From: Myxococcota bacterium
Lineage (GTDB): Bacteria > Myxococcota_A > UBA796 > CAJQPC01
Assembly: GCA_036229005.1 (NCBI GenBank)
Contig: JAZAMN010000063.1
Location: 1 to 47,427, forward strand
Direction of reading: 5' to 3'
Length of the DNA stretch: 47,427 nt
The translations under genes and the position numbers were made by a program. Below, one piece after another: positions 18,294 to 26,868 of this stretch. The notes beneath the pieces were generated by a model. That model was not told where the DNA came from. It did not search any database and saw only the letters and a list, made by a program, of their open reading frames with translations. Within the stretch, counting starts at the first letter, position 1. Every line of letters starts with the position of its first letter.

Positions 18294-20192
18294 CTACTGG
18301 CAGAAGCCGCCGGTGCGCACGGTCTCGTTGTTGGCCTCGGAGCACTCGCCGATGGCGCTGGCGCCGGTGCCGTCGTCGTCGACGACGACCCAGAGCTTGT
18401 CTGCGCGCATCAGGTCATCGCGGGTGAGCTCGGTGACCTGGGCGTTGCCCGTCCAGCCAGCGGGGATCAGCTCCTTGGTCTCCACGGTCCCGACCAGGGT
18501 GCGGGTCCCGCCGTCGTCGGCGTAGAGCGCCAGCGACACGCCAGCCTCCAGGTCGACCTCGGCGTAGTTGAGCACCCGCCAGGTCACGAACACGCGGTTG
18601 ACGGCGCACTCGTCCTCGCAGACCTCCAGGATCTCCACGGCCAGGTCCATGCCGTCCTCGAAGGGGGAGGACTCGGCCAGCGCGCCGTGCCAGGTGTTGT
18701 GGTCCTGCCAGGCGTACTGGGGGCCGGCGGGGATGGTCCCGTCGTCGTTGATGTTGTTGATGCTGTAGCCGTGCTGGTTCCACAGGGGGCGCGCGTCGGC
18801 CCAGGTGGAGTCGGCGTCGCCGTATACGCTCATGGGCTTCATGCCGCCCAGGGGCGAGTTGTGGCAGACCAGGATCTCGGCGTTGTGGTCCCCATCCACG
18901 TCGGCGATGGTGGGGTAGTCGAACATGGTGTTCGAGGCGTGCTCGGTGCTGTAGAACTTGATGCCGCCGGTGGACCCGTCGAAGGCGATCATCTGCACCT
19001 CGTCGATGTAGACGACCTCGGGCTGGCCGTCCCCCTCGAAGTCGAAGATGCTCGCGCCGGTCGCGCCGGACTCATCGGTGGCGGCCGCGGACCAGAGCAC
19101 CGTGCCGTCGTGGTTGAGCGCCCACAGCTCGTTGCCGCCGGCCACCACGATCTCGGGCATGCCGTCCAGGTCGATGTCGCCGATGGCCGGGGTGCTCAGG
19201 ATGTTGGCGGAGGGGATGGTGATGGGGCCCCACTTGACCGTGCCGTCGTGCTCCATCGCGCGCACGCTGGCGCCGGAGATGGCGACGATCTCGCCCTCGG
19301 GATCGGAGTCCAGGTTGGCCACGCCCACCATGCCGTCGGTGAACTCGGCGTTGTGCCAGATGGTGGAGCCGTCCTTGTTGTAGGCGGCGTTGCCCACGAT
19401 GACCTCGGCCTGGCCGTCCAGGTCCAGGTCAGCGACGGCGGACACGGCGGTCTCGGAGATGTAGAGGTCGCCAAGCTGGCTGATCCCGTAGCTCCCGTGC
19501 CCGTGCTCGCCTACACCGATGGTCGCGCCGGTCTCGGCGTTCAGGATGGCGGCGCCGACGACCAGCTCAGCCACGCCGTCACCGTCCATGTCGGCGAAGG
19601 AGGGGGCGGCGGAGCCGTCGTAGACGGGAGCGCCCACGTGCTCGGACTCCCAGATCAGGTTGCCGTTGTGGTCAAGCAGCAGAGTGCTGTACTCGCCCTC
19701 GGAGAAGGAGAAGATGCCGTTGACGTACTCCTTAATGATAGCGATCTCGAAGTCGCCGTCCCCGTCGATGTCCGCCACCGCGGGGATGGAGCCCGCGCCC
19801 GCCTGCAGGTCCTTGGACCAGACGGTGCCGCTGCCGTCTCCGGCCTCGTTGTAGAGGGTGGCGGGGCTGGAGAAGCCGTCGTTGACCAGCACCAGCACGT
19901 TGGGCAGGCCGTCGCCGTCCAGGTCCGCGACCACAGGCAGGCTCAGGCAGCCGCCGCTGGCGTTCATCTCCCACTCGATCTCGGGGGTGAAGCCGGGGGG
20001 CAGCTCGTCGGGACACTGGTCCGAGGTCCCGATCTGCATGGGCTCCCAGTTCCCGGGCTTGCACTCCTCGGGGAGGTCGGCGATCAGGCCGGTGTCATCG
20101 CCGGAGGCGGTGTCGTCGTTGCCTCCGTTGTTGTCGTTGTTTCCGACCAGCCGGTAGTCGTTGCAGGCAAGCGCCAGCACGGCGAGCAACAT
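18294..20192 (-). CDS. FG-GAP/VCBS-repeat lipoprotein with C-terminal CARDB-like domain
   Basis: LALAC lipobox, repeated ADLDGDG..EI motifs, and C-terminal VVDDDG...ECSEANN. Confidence 0.88.
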   Translation of the reverse strand: MLLAVLALACNDYRLVGNNDNNGGNDDTASGDDTGLIADLPEECKPGNWEPMQIGTSDQCPDELPPGFTPEIEWEMNASGGCLSLPVVADLDGDGLPNVLVLVNDGFSSPATLYNEAGDGSGTVWSKDLQAGAGSIPAVADIDGDGDFEIAIIKEYVNGIFSFSEGEYSTLLLDHNGNLIWESEHVGAPVYDGSAAPSFADMDGDGVAELVVGAAILNAETGATIGVGEHGHGSYGISQLGDLYISETAVSAVADLDLDGQAEVIVGNAAYNKDGSTIWHNAEFTDGMVGVANLDSDPEGEIVAISGASVRAMEHDGTVKWGPITIPSANILSTPAIGDIDLDGMPEIVVAGGNELWALNHDGTVLWSAAATDESGATGASIFDFEGDGQPEVVYIDEVQMIAFDGSTGGIKFYSTEHASNTMFDYPTIADVDGDHNAEILVCHNSPLGGMKPMSVYGDADSTWADARPLWNQHGYSINNINDDGTIPAGPQYAWQDHNTWHGALAESSPFEDGMDLAVEILEVCEDECAVNRVFVTWRVLNYAEVDLEAGVSLALYADDGGTRTLVGTVETKELIPAGWTGNAQVTELTRDDLMRADKLWVVVDDDGTGASAIGECSEANNETVRTGGFCQ

Positions 20193-20287
20193 CGTGCGCT
20201 CCTATTGGGGTGGTGCCCTGAGGGAGCGCAGCCTACGCGCTGGGGCGCGGACTGTAAAGGCGGAAGCCCCCATCTGCGGGGATGGGC

Positions 20288-21343
20288 TCAGCGCCGCCGC
20301 ATGCGGACGGGGTGGGCCTCGTCGTCCAGGAAGACCTCCCAAGGCCCGTCTTGGCCCTCGGCGGGGCAGCGCAGCGCCCCGAGCTGGCCCTTGAAGGGGG
20401 GAGCGCCGCCCAGGCGCTCGAAGTAGCGGCGGCCCACCGAGAAGTCCACGCAGTAGACGTCCCCGCGGCCCATGGCCCGGAAGGGCTCGTCGCCGTCGAA
20501 GATGCCGCCGTGGCGCTGCAGGGGGGGCATGCGCGGGCTGCGGCGCCAGTAGTGGCCCACGACCACCAGGGGGCCGATGTAGTCCTCCCACCAGGGCACC
20601 CGCCGCAGCATGCGCCAGCGGCCCGCCGCGAAGAAGGGGCGCTCGGCGAGCTGCTCCAGGCCCGAGGTCAGCACGCGCACCGGGTTGCCGGTCTGTCGGG
20701 CGAGCTCCTCTTCGGCGGTCCACTGGAGCAGGGGCGGGGTGTAGTCGGGGTCCCGCAGGTCGTAGGGGGCGCGCTCCTGCTCGGCGCGCTTGGGGACGCC
20801 GGCCTCCTGCAGCCGGGTGTGGATCAGGGTGTCCCACTGGTCCACCAGATCGCCGATGGGGACGTTGGGCGCGATGCGCAGGGCCTCGATGCTGGGCGGG
20901 TGCCAGCAGGCGTGGACGACCCGCAGGTCGCTGCGCTCCAGGGCCAGGGGCTGGGCGGCCAAGAAGCCCAGGATCTCCTGGCGCTCGGCCCGGTCGGCCT
21001 TGACGGAGTCGTAGAGGATCCCGTCCCGGATGACCTCGTCTGCGCCATAGAACCAGTGGTTGCCCGACTTGCGCTCCCAGCGAAGGAGGTTGAGCTCGTG
21101 GTTTCCGAGCACCACGAGCGCCGCTCCCTCCTCCACGAGACCGCGCACGCGGCGGAGGACCGCGAGGCTGTCGGGGCCCCGGTCGACCAGGTCCCCCACG
21201 AACACGAGCTTGCGGCCCTGGGCCTGCGCCTGGCCGCTGTCGTAGCCCAGCGCGGCGAGCTGCAGGTTGAGCGCGTCGATCTCGCCGTGGACGTCGCCGA
21301 TCACGTCGAGGGGGCAAGAGGGGAGGGACTGGATCCAGCGCAT
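20288..21343 (-). CDS. Metallophosphoesterase (ApaH/PrpE-like)
   Basis: GDVHG, GDLVDRG, GNHE, VHA and GHYW motifs. Confidence 0.9.
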   Translation of the reverse strand: MRWIQSLPSCPLDVIGDVHGEIDALNLQLAALGYDSGQAQAQGRKLVFVGDLVDRGPDSLAVLRRVRGLVEEGAALVVLGNHELNLLRWERKSGNHWFYGADEVIRDGILYDSVKADRAERQEILGFLAAQPLALERSDLRVVHACWHPPSIEALRIAPNVPIGDLVDQWDTLIHTRLQEAGVPKRAEQERAPYDLRDPDYTPPLLQWTAEEELARQTGNPVRVLTSGLEQLAERPFFAAGRWRMLRRVPWWEDYIGPLVVVGHYWRRSPRMPPLQRHGGIFDGDEPFRAMGRGDVYCVDFSVGRRYFERLGGAPPFKGQLGALRCPAEGQDGPWEVFLDDEAHPVRMRRR

Positions 21344-21414
21344 GACCCCATCCTCACCGATCTGGCCGCGCGATTGGCTTTCAACTCCTTTTCAATCGGA
21401 CCCCAGCGAGGTGA

Positions 21415-22101
21415 TCAGAACTGCCAGCCCACCCCGGTGGAGACGACCACGCCGCGCGGGGCCTCGCGGCTGCCGCTGCTCTGCTTGTCGACCACCGAGA
21501 TGCCCACGGCGTTGAGGCTCACGTCGGAGTCGGCGTCCGCCATCACGCCCTCGGACCACCCGAGCTCGCCGTTGAGCACGAAGCCCTGGCCCAGCACGAT
21601 GTCCAGGCCGGCGGAGGGGGTGAAGCCCCAGGAGAGCTGCTGCCAGCTCGCGCTGCCGTCCACGACGCTGCCGTCGCGGCTGGCCTCGACCTTGAGCCAG
21701 CGGGGCCCGAACGCGGAGGCGAAGTAGGGGTGCACCCGCGCCTGGTCGTTGCGGCTGAACTCCAGGATCCCCCGGGCGTCCATGCCGACGCTGCGGGCGA
21801 CCACCCGGGTGCTGCCTTCGGGGATGAAGTAGGCCAGCGCGCCGTTGGTGGCGGTCTGGAGCAGGAAGGGCTGGCCGTAGGAGAGCTGGGTGCCGCCGGC
21901 GATGCTGAAGGGGCCCAGGCGGAGCAGGCCAAGGTCGGCGCTGCCCTCGAAGCCCCACCAGCTCACGGCCCACAGGGCCCAGCCGCCGTTGCCGCGGACG
22001 CGGGGGTTGGTGCCGGTCCCCAGCCGGATCTCCAGGTCGCCGGGCTCCAGGGCACGGACGATGGCGGCGGGGGGCTCTGGGGGGAGGTCGGTGATGGGCA
22101 T
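21415..22101 (-). CDS. Putative small outer-membrane beta-barrel protein
   Basis: Amphipathic beta strands, HPY motif and C-terminal GVGWQF; no clear signal peptide. Confidence 0.6.
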   Translation of the reverse strand: MPITDLPPEPPAAIVRALEPGDLEIRLGTGTNPRVRGNGGWALWAVSWWGFEGSADLGLLRLGPFSIAGGTQLSYGQPFLLQTATNGALAYFIPEGSTRVVARSVGMDARGILEFSRNDQARVHPYFASAFGPRWLKVEASRDGSVVDGSASWQQLSWGFTPSAGLDIVLGQGFVLNGELGWSEGVMADADSDVSLNAVGISVVDKQSSGSREAPRGVVVSTGVGWQF

Positions 22102-22176
22102 GGTGCCAGTCTGACACCGGATTGGCCGCAGACAATCCCCAAAGTGAGGGCGGCGACAGAGGCCGCCCCCGCGGGA

Positions 22177-22521
22177 TCAACCCTGGGTGTAGCGACGCAG
22201 GCGGTTGGCCATGCGGTCGGTGCCGTTGCCGGCCCAGCGCTTGACGGGCTCGCCGTTGACGTAGATGACGTTGGTGGGCAGGTCGTTGACCTCGCCGAGC
22301 CAGGGGGTGGCCTTCTTCCACTTGCCCAGGCCGCCCTTGTCCAGGAGGATCTTGGCGAAGCGGACCTCGCCGAACTCGCTGTCCTCCTCCAGGAAGCTCT
22401 CGAGCTCCTCGGTCCAGGCGTTGCAGGCGGCGCAGGTGGTCTTGCCGAGCAGGATCATGGCCACGGGGGCGTTGACCGCTTCCTCCCAGGTGTCGCGTTC
22501 CAGTACTTCGAGCTTGGCCAT
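22177..22521 (-). CDS. Thioredoxin-family protein
   Basis: CAAC (CxxC) motif, LPT cis-Pro loop, NGE and GGAGG RBS. Confidence 0.85.
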   Translation of the reverse strand: MAKLEVLERDTWEEAVNAPVAMILLGKTTCAACNAWTEELESFLEEDSEFGEVRFAKILLDKGGLGKWKKATPWLGEVNDLPTNVIYVNGEPVKRWAGNGTDRMANRLRRYTQG

Positions 22522-22656
22522 GGTGGCCTCCTTGTGGGGTGTGCGTGTGTGTGTGCGTGGGGCCCAGAGGACGGACGCCCCCGGCGAAGGGCCGGAGGCG
22601 CTGTCTGGCGTCTCTTCGCGCTCTGCGAAGCGGGCCCGTGACTCAGCAGGGCTGAA

Positions 22657-23181
22657 TCAGCCGACGAACTCGTCGCCCTTCTTCCAGTCGGCGCCGCAGA
22701 GGCCACCGGACTGGAGCGCCTGCACGGTGCGCAGGGTCTCGTGGGGGGAGCGGCCAGCGTCGAGATCGTTGATGGTCTCGGAGCGGACGATGCCCTTGTC
22801 GTCGACGATGACGGTAGCGCGGAAGGCGACACCGGCGTCCTCGAAGAGGTAGCCGAAGGCCTTGGTGACGCTGTGGTTGGTGTCAGCGATGACGGGGTGG
22901 GTGATCTTCTGCTCGAAGGTCTTGCCGTCGTTGAACCAGGCGTTGTGGGAGTGCCAGGAGTCGGTGCTGGCGCCGATCACGGCCACGCCGTCGTCCGCGA
23001 AGTCCTCAGCGAGGGACTCGAAGCCGCGGATCTCGGTGGGGCAGACAAAGGTGAAGTCCAGCGGGTACCAGTACATGACGTACCACTTGCCAGCGAAGTC
23101 GCTGCTGCTGATGACCTTCTCCTCGCCGTTGACGTAGGCGACGGAGCTCCACTCGGGGGCGGGCTTGCCGACGTTGCTCAT
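22657..23181 (-). CDS. ahpC: 2-Cys peroxiredoxin (AhpC/TSA family)
   Basis: YPLDFTFVCPTE, GRS and C-terminal LCGADW. The start MSNVGK has a GGGAG RBS. Confidence 0.93.
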   Translation of the reverse strand: MSNVGKPAPEWSSVAYVNGEEKVISSSDFAGKWYVMYWYPLDFTFVCPTEIRGFESLAEDFADDGVAVIGASTDSWHSHNAWFNDGKTFEQKITHPVIADTNHSVTKAFGYLFEDAGVAFRATVIVDDKGIVRSETINDLDAGRSPHETLRTVQALQSGGLCGADWKKGDEFVG

Positions 23182-23211
23182 GAGGTTCTCCCTTCTTTGC
23201 GTTGTTGAGGC

Positions 23212-23230
23212 GTTTGGAATCTTTCCAAAC
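23212..23230. promoter_or_regulatory. Palindromic operator GTTTGGAA-tct-TTCCAAAC (Fur/PerR-like)
   Basis: AT-rich dyad with perfect 8-bp arms, 30 nt upstream of the peroxiredoxin start in GC-rich DNA. Confidence 0.65.
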
Positions 23231-23298
23231 CAGTGTCTCAAAGCTAAGGGGGCCTCGACGGAGCGTCAAGGCCGAGACAGTCTGACCCGTGACTGGGC

Positions 23299-25053
23299 TC
23301 AGTGGTTGGAGTTCGTGGCCCCGGGAGAAGCCAGGATCTCGCTGGCAAACTCTGGGTTCACGGCCCCGATCCCCTCGTCTCCCTGGTAGGCGCTCCAGTT
23401 CTGGGGGTCGCTGCCGTCTCCGGGGACCAGTGCCCGCTCCATGGAGCGCACCTTGCCGTCGGTGCCGAGCCCACCAGCGAACGCGCCGCCGCCGTCTCCG
23501 ACGGTGTCCACGACGTTCCCGCGGGGGTCCATCAGGAAGAGCTCCAGGGAGCCGTCCTTGATGTAGAGGCGGGACTGGCGGTTGTCGTTGAAGGCGTTGA
23601 CGACCATGTCGCCCCAGGTGTAGGCGCTGTACTCATCCTGGGGAGCCCCGTCCTCGTATGCCTCCAGGACGTGATCCACGATGAGGAAGGTCTCACCGGC
23701 CTTGATGGTGGTCCCAGGGGGGAGACCGACCGTGAAGTCGTCCACTCCCGTGATCTGCCACATGTCGAGCTTGAGGTCGCGGTCGGTCATGTTCCGCAGC
23801 TCGATGAACTCGTCGAAGCCTTCGTTGTCCGCGGAGTGGGCGCCGTACCACATGACCTCGTTGATCACGACGTCGCCGGGCTCGATGCTGTTGTAGAGCT
23901 CGCCGTCGGGGGCGTCACCGACGAAGGTGTACCCCATGTAGGTGCCGTTGTCCCAGAGGCTGGTGAAGTAGTCGGCGTAGGCCTCGGCCACGCGACCGCC
24001 CTTGAACACCAGCAGGTACTCGTCGTTGCTGACGGTCGCGGAGGAGCTCCAGTTGAAGGAGCCGGTGACCACGACGGGGTTCTCGCCATCGGCGTCGATC
24101 AGCATGGTCTTGGAGTGCAGGCGACCGCCGCCGGCCTGGTAGTCACCGGGCTGCTTGGAGGAGTCGTTGCCGTCCAGGCGCATGGGGATCTGCGCGCCCA
24201 TCAGGCGGTAGACCTCGTGGTACTGGCCGTTGGAGTGCATCTGGGACTTGTCGACCACGCCGGCCACGCCGTAGCGGGGATCCGAGCCGCTCAGGCCGTC
24301 CCAGAGGGCGTCGTCGCCGTGGAGCTCGGCCAGCTCCTCCTGCTTGCGGATGAACGCGGAGCCCACCTGGTCCTTGGTGAAGGCGAAGATGGTGAAGCGC
24401 ACGGACTCCTGGGCGCCGTCGACCAGCTCCAGGATGCGGCCCATGCTGTCCTCGTTGGGGGAGAACCAGACCTCGACCTCGGTGTCACCCAGGGTGTAGC
24501 TGCGGCCGTTGTGGAGCTCGACCTTGGAGTGCCCGAAGGCGCCGCCCCACATCTGCTCGAACTCGGCCTGGAAGTCGGCGGCCACGGCCGGGCTGTCCAT
24601 GAAGGCGAAGTTGTTGGAGTTGTGGATGAGGTCGGTGTCGGTCCAGTTGGCGGTGCCGCAGAACACGTAGCGGCCGTCCACGATCATGAACTTGTGGTGC
24701 ATGATGTGGGCCTGGTTGCCGGTGACGATGGGGATGTCCCGGTCCAGGAAGGTCTGGTAGCCGCTGTTGTAGAGGTGGCCGGCGTCACCGACCATGCGCA
24801 CCACAACGCCGCGGTCGTGGGCCCGCACGAAGGCGTCCACGACGTCCTGCTGGTAGAAGCCCATCACGGCGAAGTCCAGGGTGGCGTCGGCGGAGTCGAT
24901 GAGCTCGACCATCACGTTGACGACGTCCGGGTACCAGAGGTTCTCCAGCCGGGTGCCCGGCTCGTTGAAGAAGGTGTCGACGCGGCCGCCGCGGGTGCTG
25001 TCCAGGTCCTCTTCGGAGGGGGCGCAGGCGAGCAGGAGGAAGAGCGGGGTCAT
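23299..25053 (-). CDS. PLD-superfamily (Nuc-like) lipoprotein with two HKD motifs and a C-terminal lamin-tail domain
   Basis: LLLAC lipobox, HHKFMIVD..GTAN, HSKTMLID..GSFN, and LTD motifs VVINEV...DEFIELRN...SPG. Confidence 0.9.
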   Translation of the reverse strand: MTPLFLLLACAPSEEDLDSTRGGRVDTFFNEPGTRLENLWYPDVVNVMVELIDSADATLDFAVMGFYQQDVVDAFVRAHDRGVVVRMVGDAGHLYNSGYQTFLDRDIPIVTGNQAHIMHHKFMIVDGRYVFCGTANWTDTDLIHNSNNFAFMDSPAVAADFQAEFEQMWGGAFGHSKVELHNGRSYTLGDTEVEVWFSPNEDSMGRILELVDGAQESVRFTIFAFTKDQVGSAFIRKQEELAELHGDDALWDGLSGSDPRYGVAGVVDKSQMHSNGQYHEVYRLMGAQIPMRLDGNDSSKQPGDYQAGGGRLHSKTMLIDADGENPVVVTGSFNWSSSATVSNDEYLLVFKGGRVAEAYADYFTSLWDNGTYMGYTFVGDAPDGELYNSIEPGDVVINEVMWYGAHSADNEGFDEFIELRNMTDRDLKLDMWQITGVDDFTVGLPPGTTIKAGETFLIVDHVLEAYEDGAPQDEYSAYTWGDMVVNAFNDNRQSRLYIKDGSLELFLMDPRGNVVDTVGDGGGAFAGGLGTDGKVRSMERALVPGDGSDPQNWSAYQGDEGIGAVNPEFASEILASPGATNSNH

Positions 25054-25057
25054 GGTC

Positions 25058-26182
25058 TCACCGGGCCTGGGAGGCTGCGTGCTCCCAGAGGGCGATCAAG
25101 GCGTCCATCTGGGCGTTGGAGTCACTGCCGGGGGCGTCGTAGTCGTCCAGCACCCAGAGGCTGCCGTCCAGGAGCTGGTCGGTCAGCACGGTGGCACCCC
25201 GGTTGAGGCGAGCTGCGGAGACGACGTCATGGGACAGGCACATCGCCTTGGCGGTGTTCCAGGTCCCCCGGCGGTCGATCTGGGTGTCGACGAGGACAAC
25301 CGTGGGTACCACGAGTCCGTCGGGAAGCTGGCTGAGGGGCACGCCGGTGTCCTCCAGCGTGCTCGACAGGGAGCGGTTGGCCTCCTTGAAGTTGGGGCCC
25401 ACGATGACCTGGACGTCGAAGCCGTCCTCGTACTTGGCCTGCAGCGCGTTCGCGAGGCCCTCGTCCAGGAAGTCGTCCGTCAGCACGTAGATGTTGGAGC
25501 GGGCGCCGTAGCTGGCGTCCACGATGCGCTTGATGAGGCGCTCCTGGGGGCCGAGCCACACCTCGAGCTGCTCGTCGGACTGGGTGCCGTAGAGCCAGCG
25601 GTTGTCCGCGACGGACTTGGCGAGCGAGTCGTAGGCCGTCAGGGAGCTGGCGTCGGAGCCGCCGAAGATCTGGTTGTGCTCGATGTCCCAGTCGTAGGAC
25701 AGGTCCTGTCCGGTGGCGTGGATCATCCAGCGCATGCCGTCGCCGGGGAGCAGGCTGGAGGCGTTGAGCACCTCGGAGCGGTCCACGACCATGGCGGTGT
25801 GGGTCATCCGCACGTCCTCGGAGTCCCAGGCCACGTCGGCGTTGAGGCTGAACTCGAAGTAGGCCACGGCGTCGTCGCCCAGGGACACGGGCACGCCGGC
25901 GTCCTGGAGGGCCACGATGCCGGAGTCTTCGGCGGAGTCGATGTCGGTGGCGACGGCCACGCTCAGCCCGTCCTCGTATGCGGCGATGATGGCCGCGGTG
26001 AGATCGGCATCGACCAGGCCCGGGAGGAGGACCGCGAGATCGGAGGTGGCTCCGTCAGCCGCTTCGATGAAAGCGTCGATGACGGCGTCCCCACCGCTGG
26101 CGTCGGTGTAGGTCTCCACCGTGACCACGTTGAAGGCCTCGGTGGTGTCGGGGGCGGCGCAGGCCAGAAGGAGCAGGATCAT
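25058..26182 (-). CDS. PLD-fold lipoprotein with degenerate HKD motifs (pseudo-enzyme)
   Basis: Aligns by eye with the neighbouring PLD: MTHTAMVVD vs MHHKFMIVD, and EVWLGPQE.LIKRIVD vs EVWFSPNE.SMGRILE. Confidence 0.75.
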   Translation of the reverse strand: MILLLLACAAPDTTEAFNVVTVETYTDASGGDAVIDAFIEAADGATSDLAVLLPGLVDADLTAAIIAAYEDGLSVAVATDIDSAEDSGIVALQDAGVPVSLGDDAVAYFEFSLNADVAWDSEDVRMTHTAMVVDRSEVLNASSLLPGDGMRWMIHATGQDLSYDWDIEHNQIFGGSDASSLTAYDSLAKSVADNRWLYGTQSDEQLEVWLGPQERLIKRIVDASYGARSNIYVLTDDFLDEGLANALQAKYEDGFDVQVIVGPNFKEANRSLSSTLEDTGVPLSQLPDGLVVPTVVLVDTQIDRRGTWNTAKAMCLSHDVVSAARLNRGATVLTDQLLDGSLWVLDDYDAPGSDSNAQMDALIALWEHAASQAR

Positions 26183-26868
26183 TCGAAGGACCCCGTGCTG
26201 TAGGCGCCGGAGTAGTCCGGCGAGTTGGGGCGGCCCGGGCTGGCCAGGGTGTTCCGCTGGCAGTCTTCCGAGATGCGGTCGTTGTTGGCCACGTCGACCT
26301 CGGCCGGGGTGTAGTAGTGCCAGGCGGAGGGCTCGGTGCCGCGGCCGCCGAACATCAGCTCCACCTTCTCCATGGAGCGGGAGCGCACGTAGTCGTAGCC
26401 GCCGGCGTAGGGGGGCATGTCCTTGGAGCCCGCGGGCTCGATCAGGCGCTCGTCGCTGTCCTTGAGGGTCAGGCGGAAGGGGTCGCCGTCGCCGAAGCGC
26501 AGCTTGGGGAGCAGCGCGTCGGGCTCGGGGAAGCAGCCGGTGTCCTTGGCGGCCAGGAAGACGTGCTCACCGACCTGGACCCAGAGCTCCTGGCGGATGA
26601 CGTAGGTCTCCTCGATGGTGCCCTCCTGGTCGATGAACCAACCCTGCAGGTTGATGGGGCGCACGCCCTCGTTCCGGATCTCCACGAACACGTCGCTGGC
26701 GTCCCGGTTGCCGTCGTTGTCGACGGAGCCGGACCAGAGGACCTCGGAGATCTTGATGTTGCCGCGCTCACCGCTGCTGGTGCCGTCGGAGCTGTCGGTG
26801 CCATCCCGATAGCCGACCTGCTCCAGCCGGCCTTCAGGGGCGCCACATGCCAGGAGGAACAGGAGCAT
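26179..26868 (-). CDS. Lamin-tail-domain lipoprotein
   Basis: MLLFLLAC lipobox, IKISEV...FVEIRN....INLQGW and ASPG.PN motifs. Confidence 0.8.
   Translation of the reverse strand: MLLFLLACGAPEGRLEQVGYRDGTDSSDGTSSGERGNIKISEVLWSGSVDNDGNRDASDVFVEIRNEGVRPINLQGWFIDQEGTIEETYVIRQELWVQVGEHVFLAAKDTGCFPEPDALLPKLRFGDGDPFRLTLKDSDERLIEPAGSKDMPPYAGGYDYVRSRSMEKVELMFGGRGTEPSAWHYYTPAEVDVANNDRISEDCQRNTLASPGRPNSPDYSGAYSTGSFE

Noticed and set aside
22576..22600. Terminator between peroxiredoxin and thioredoxin
   Set aside because: A GC stem is present but has no U-tract, so its function cannot be supported.
23299..26182. PLD-based anti-phage defence system (DISARM or restriction type)
   Set aside because: The proteins are exported lipoproteins with LTDs, and no helicase or methylase partners are present.
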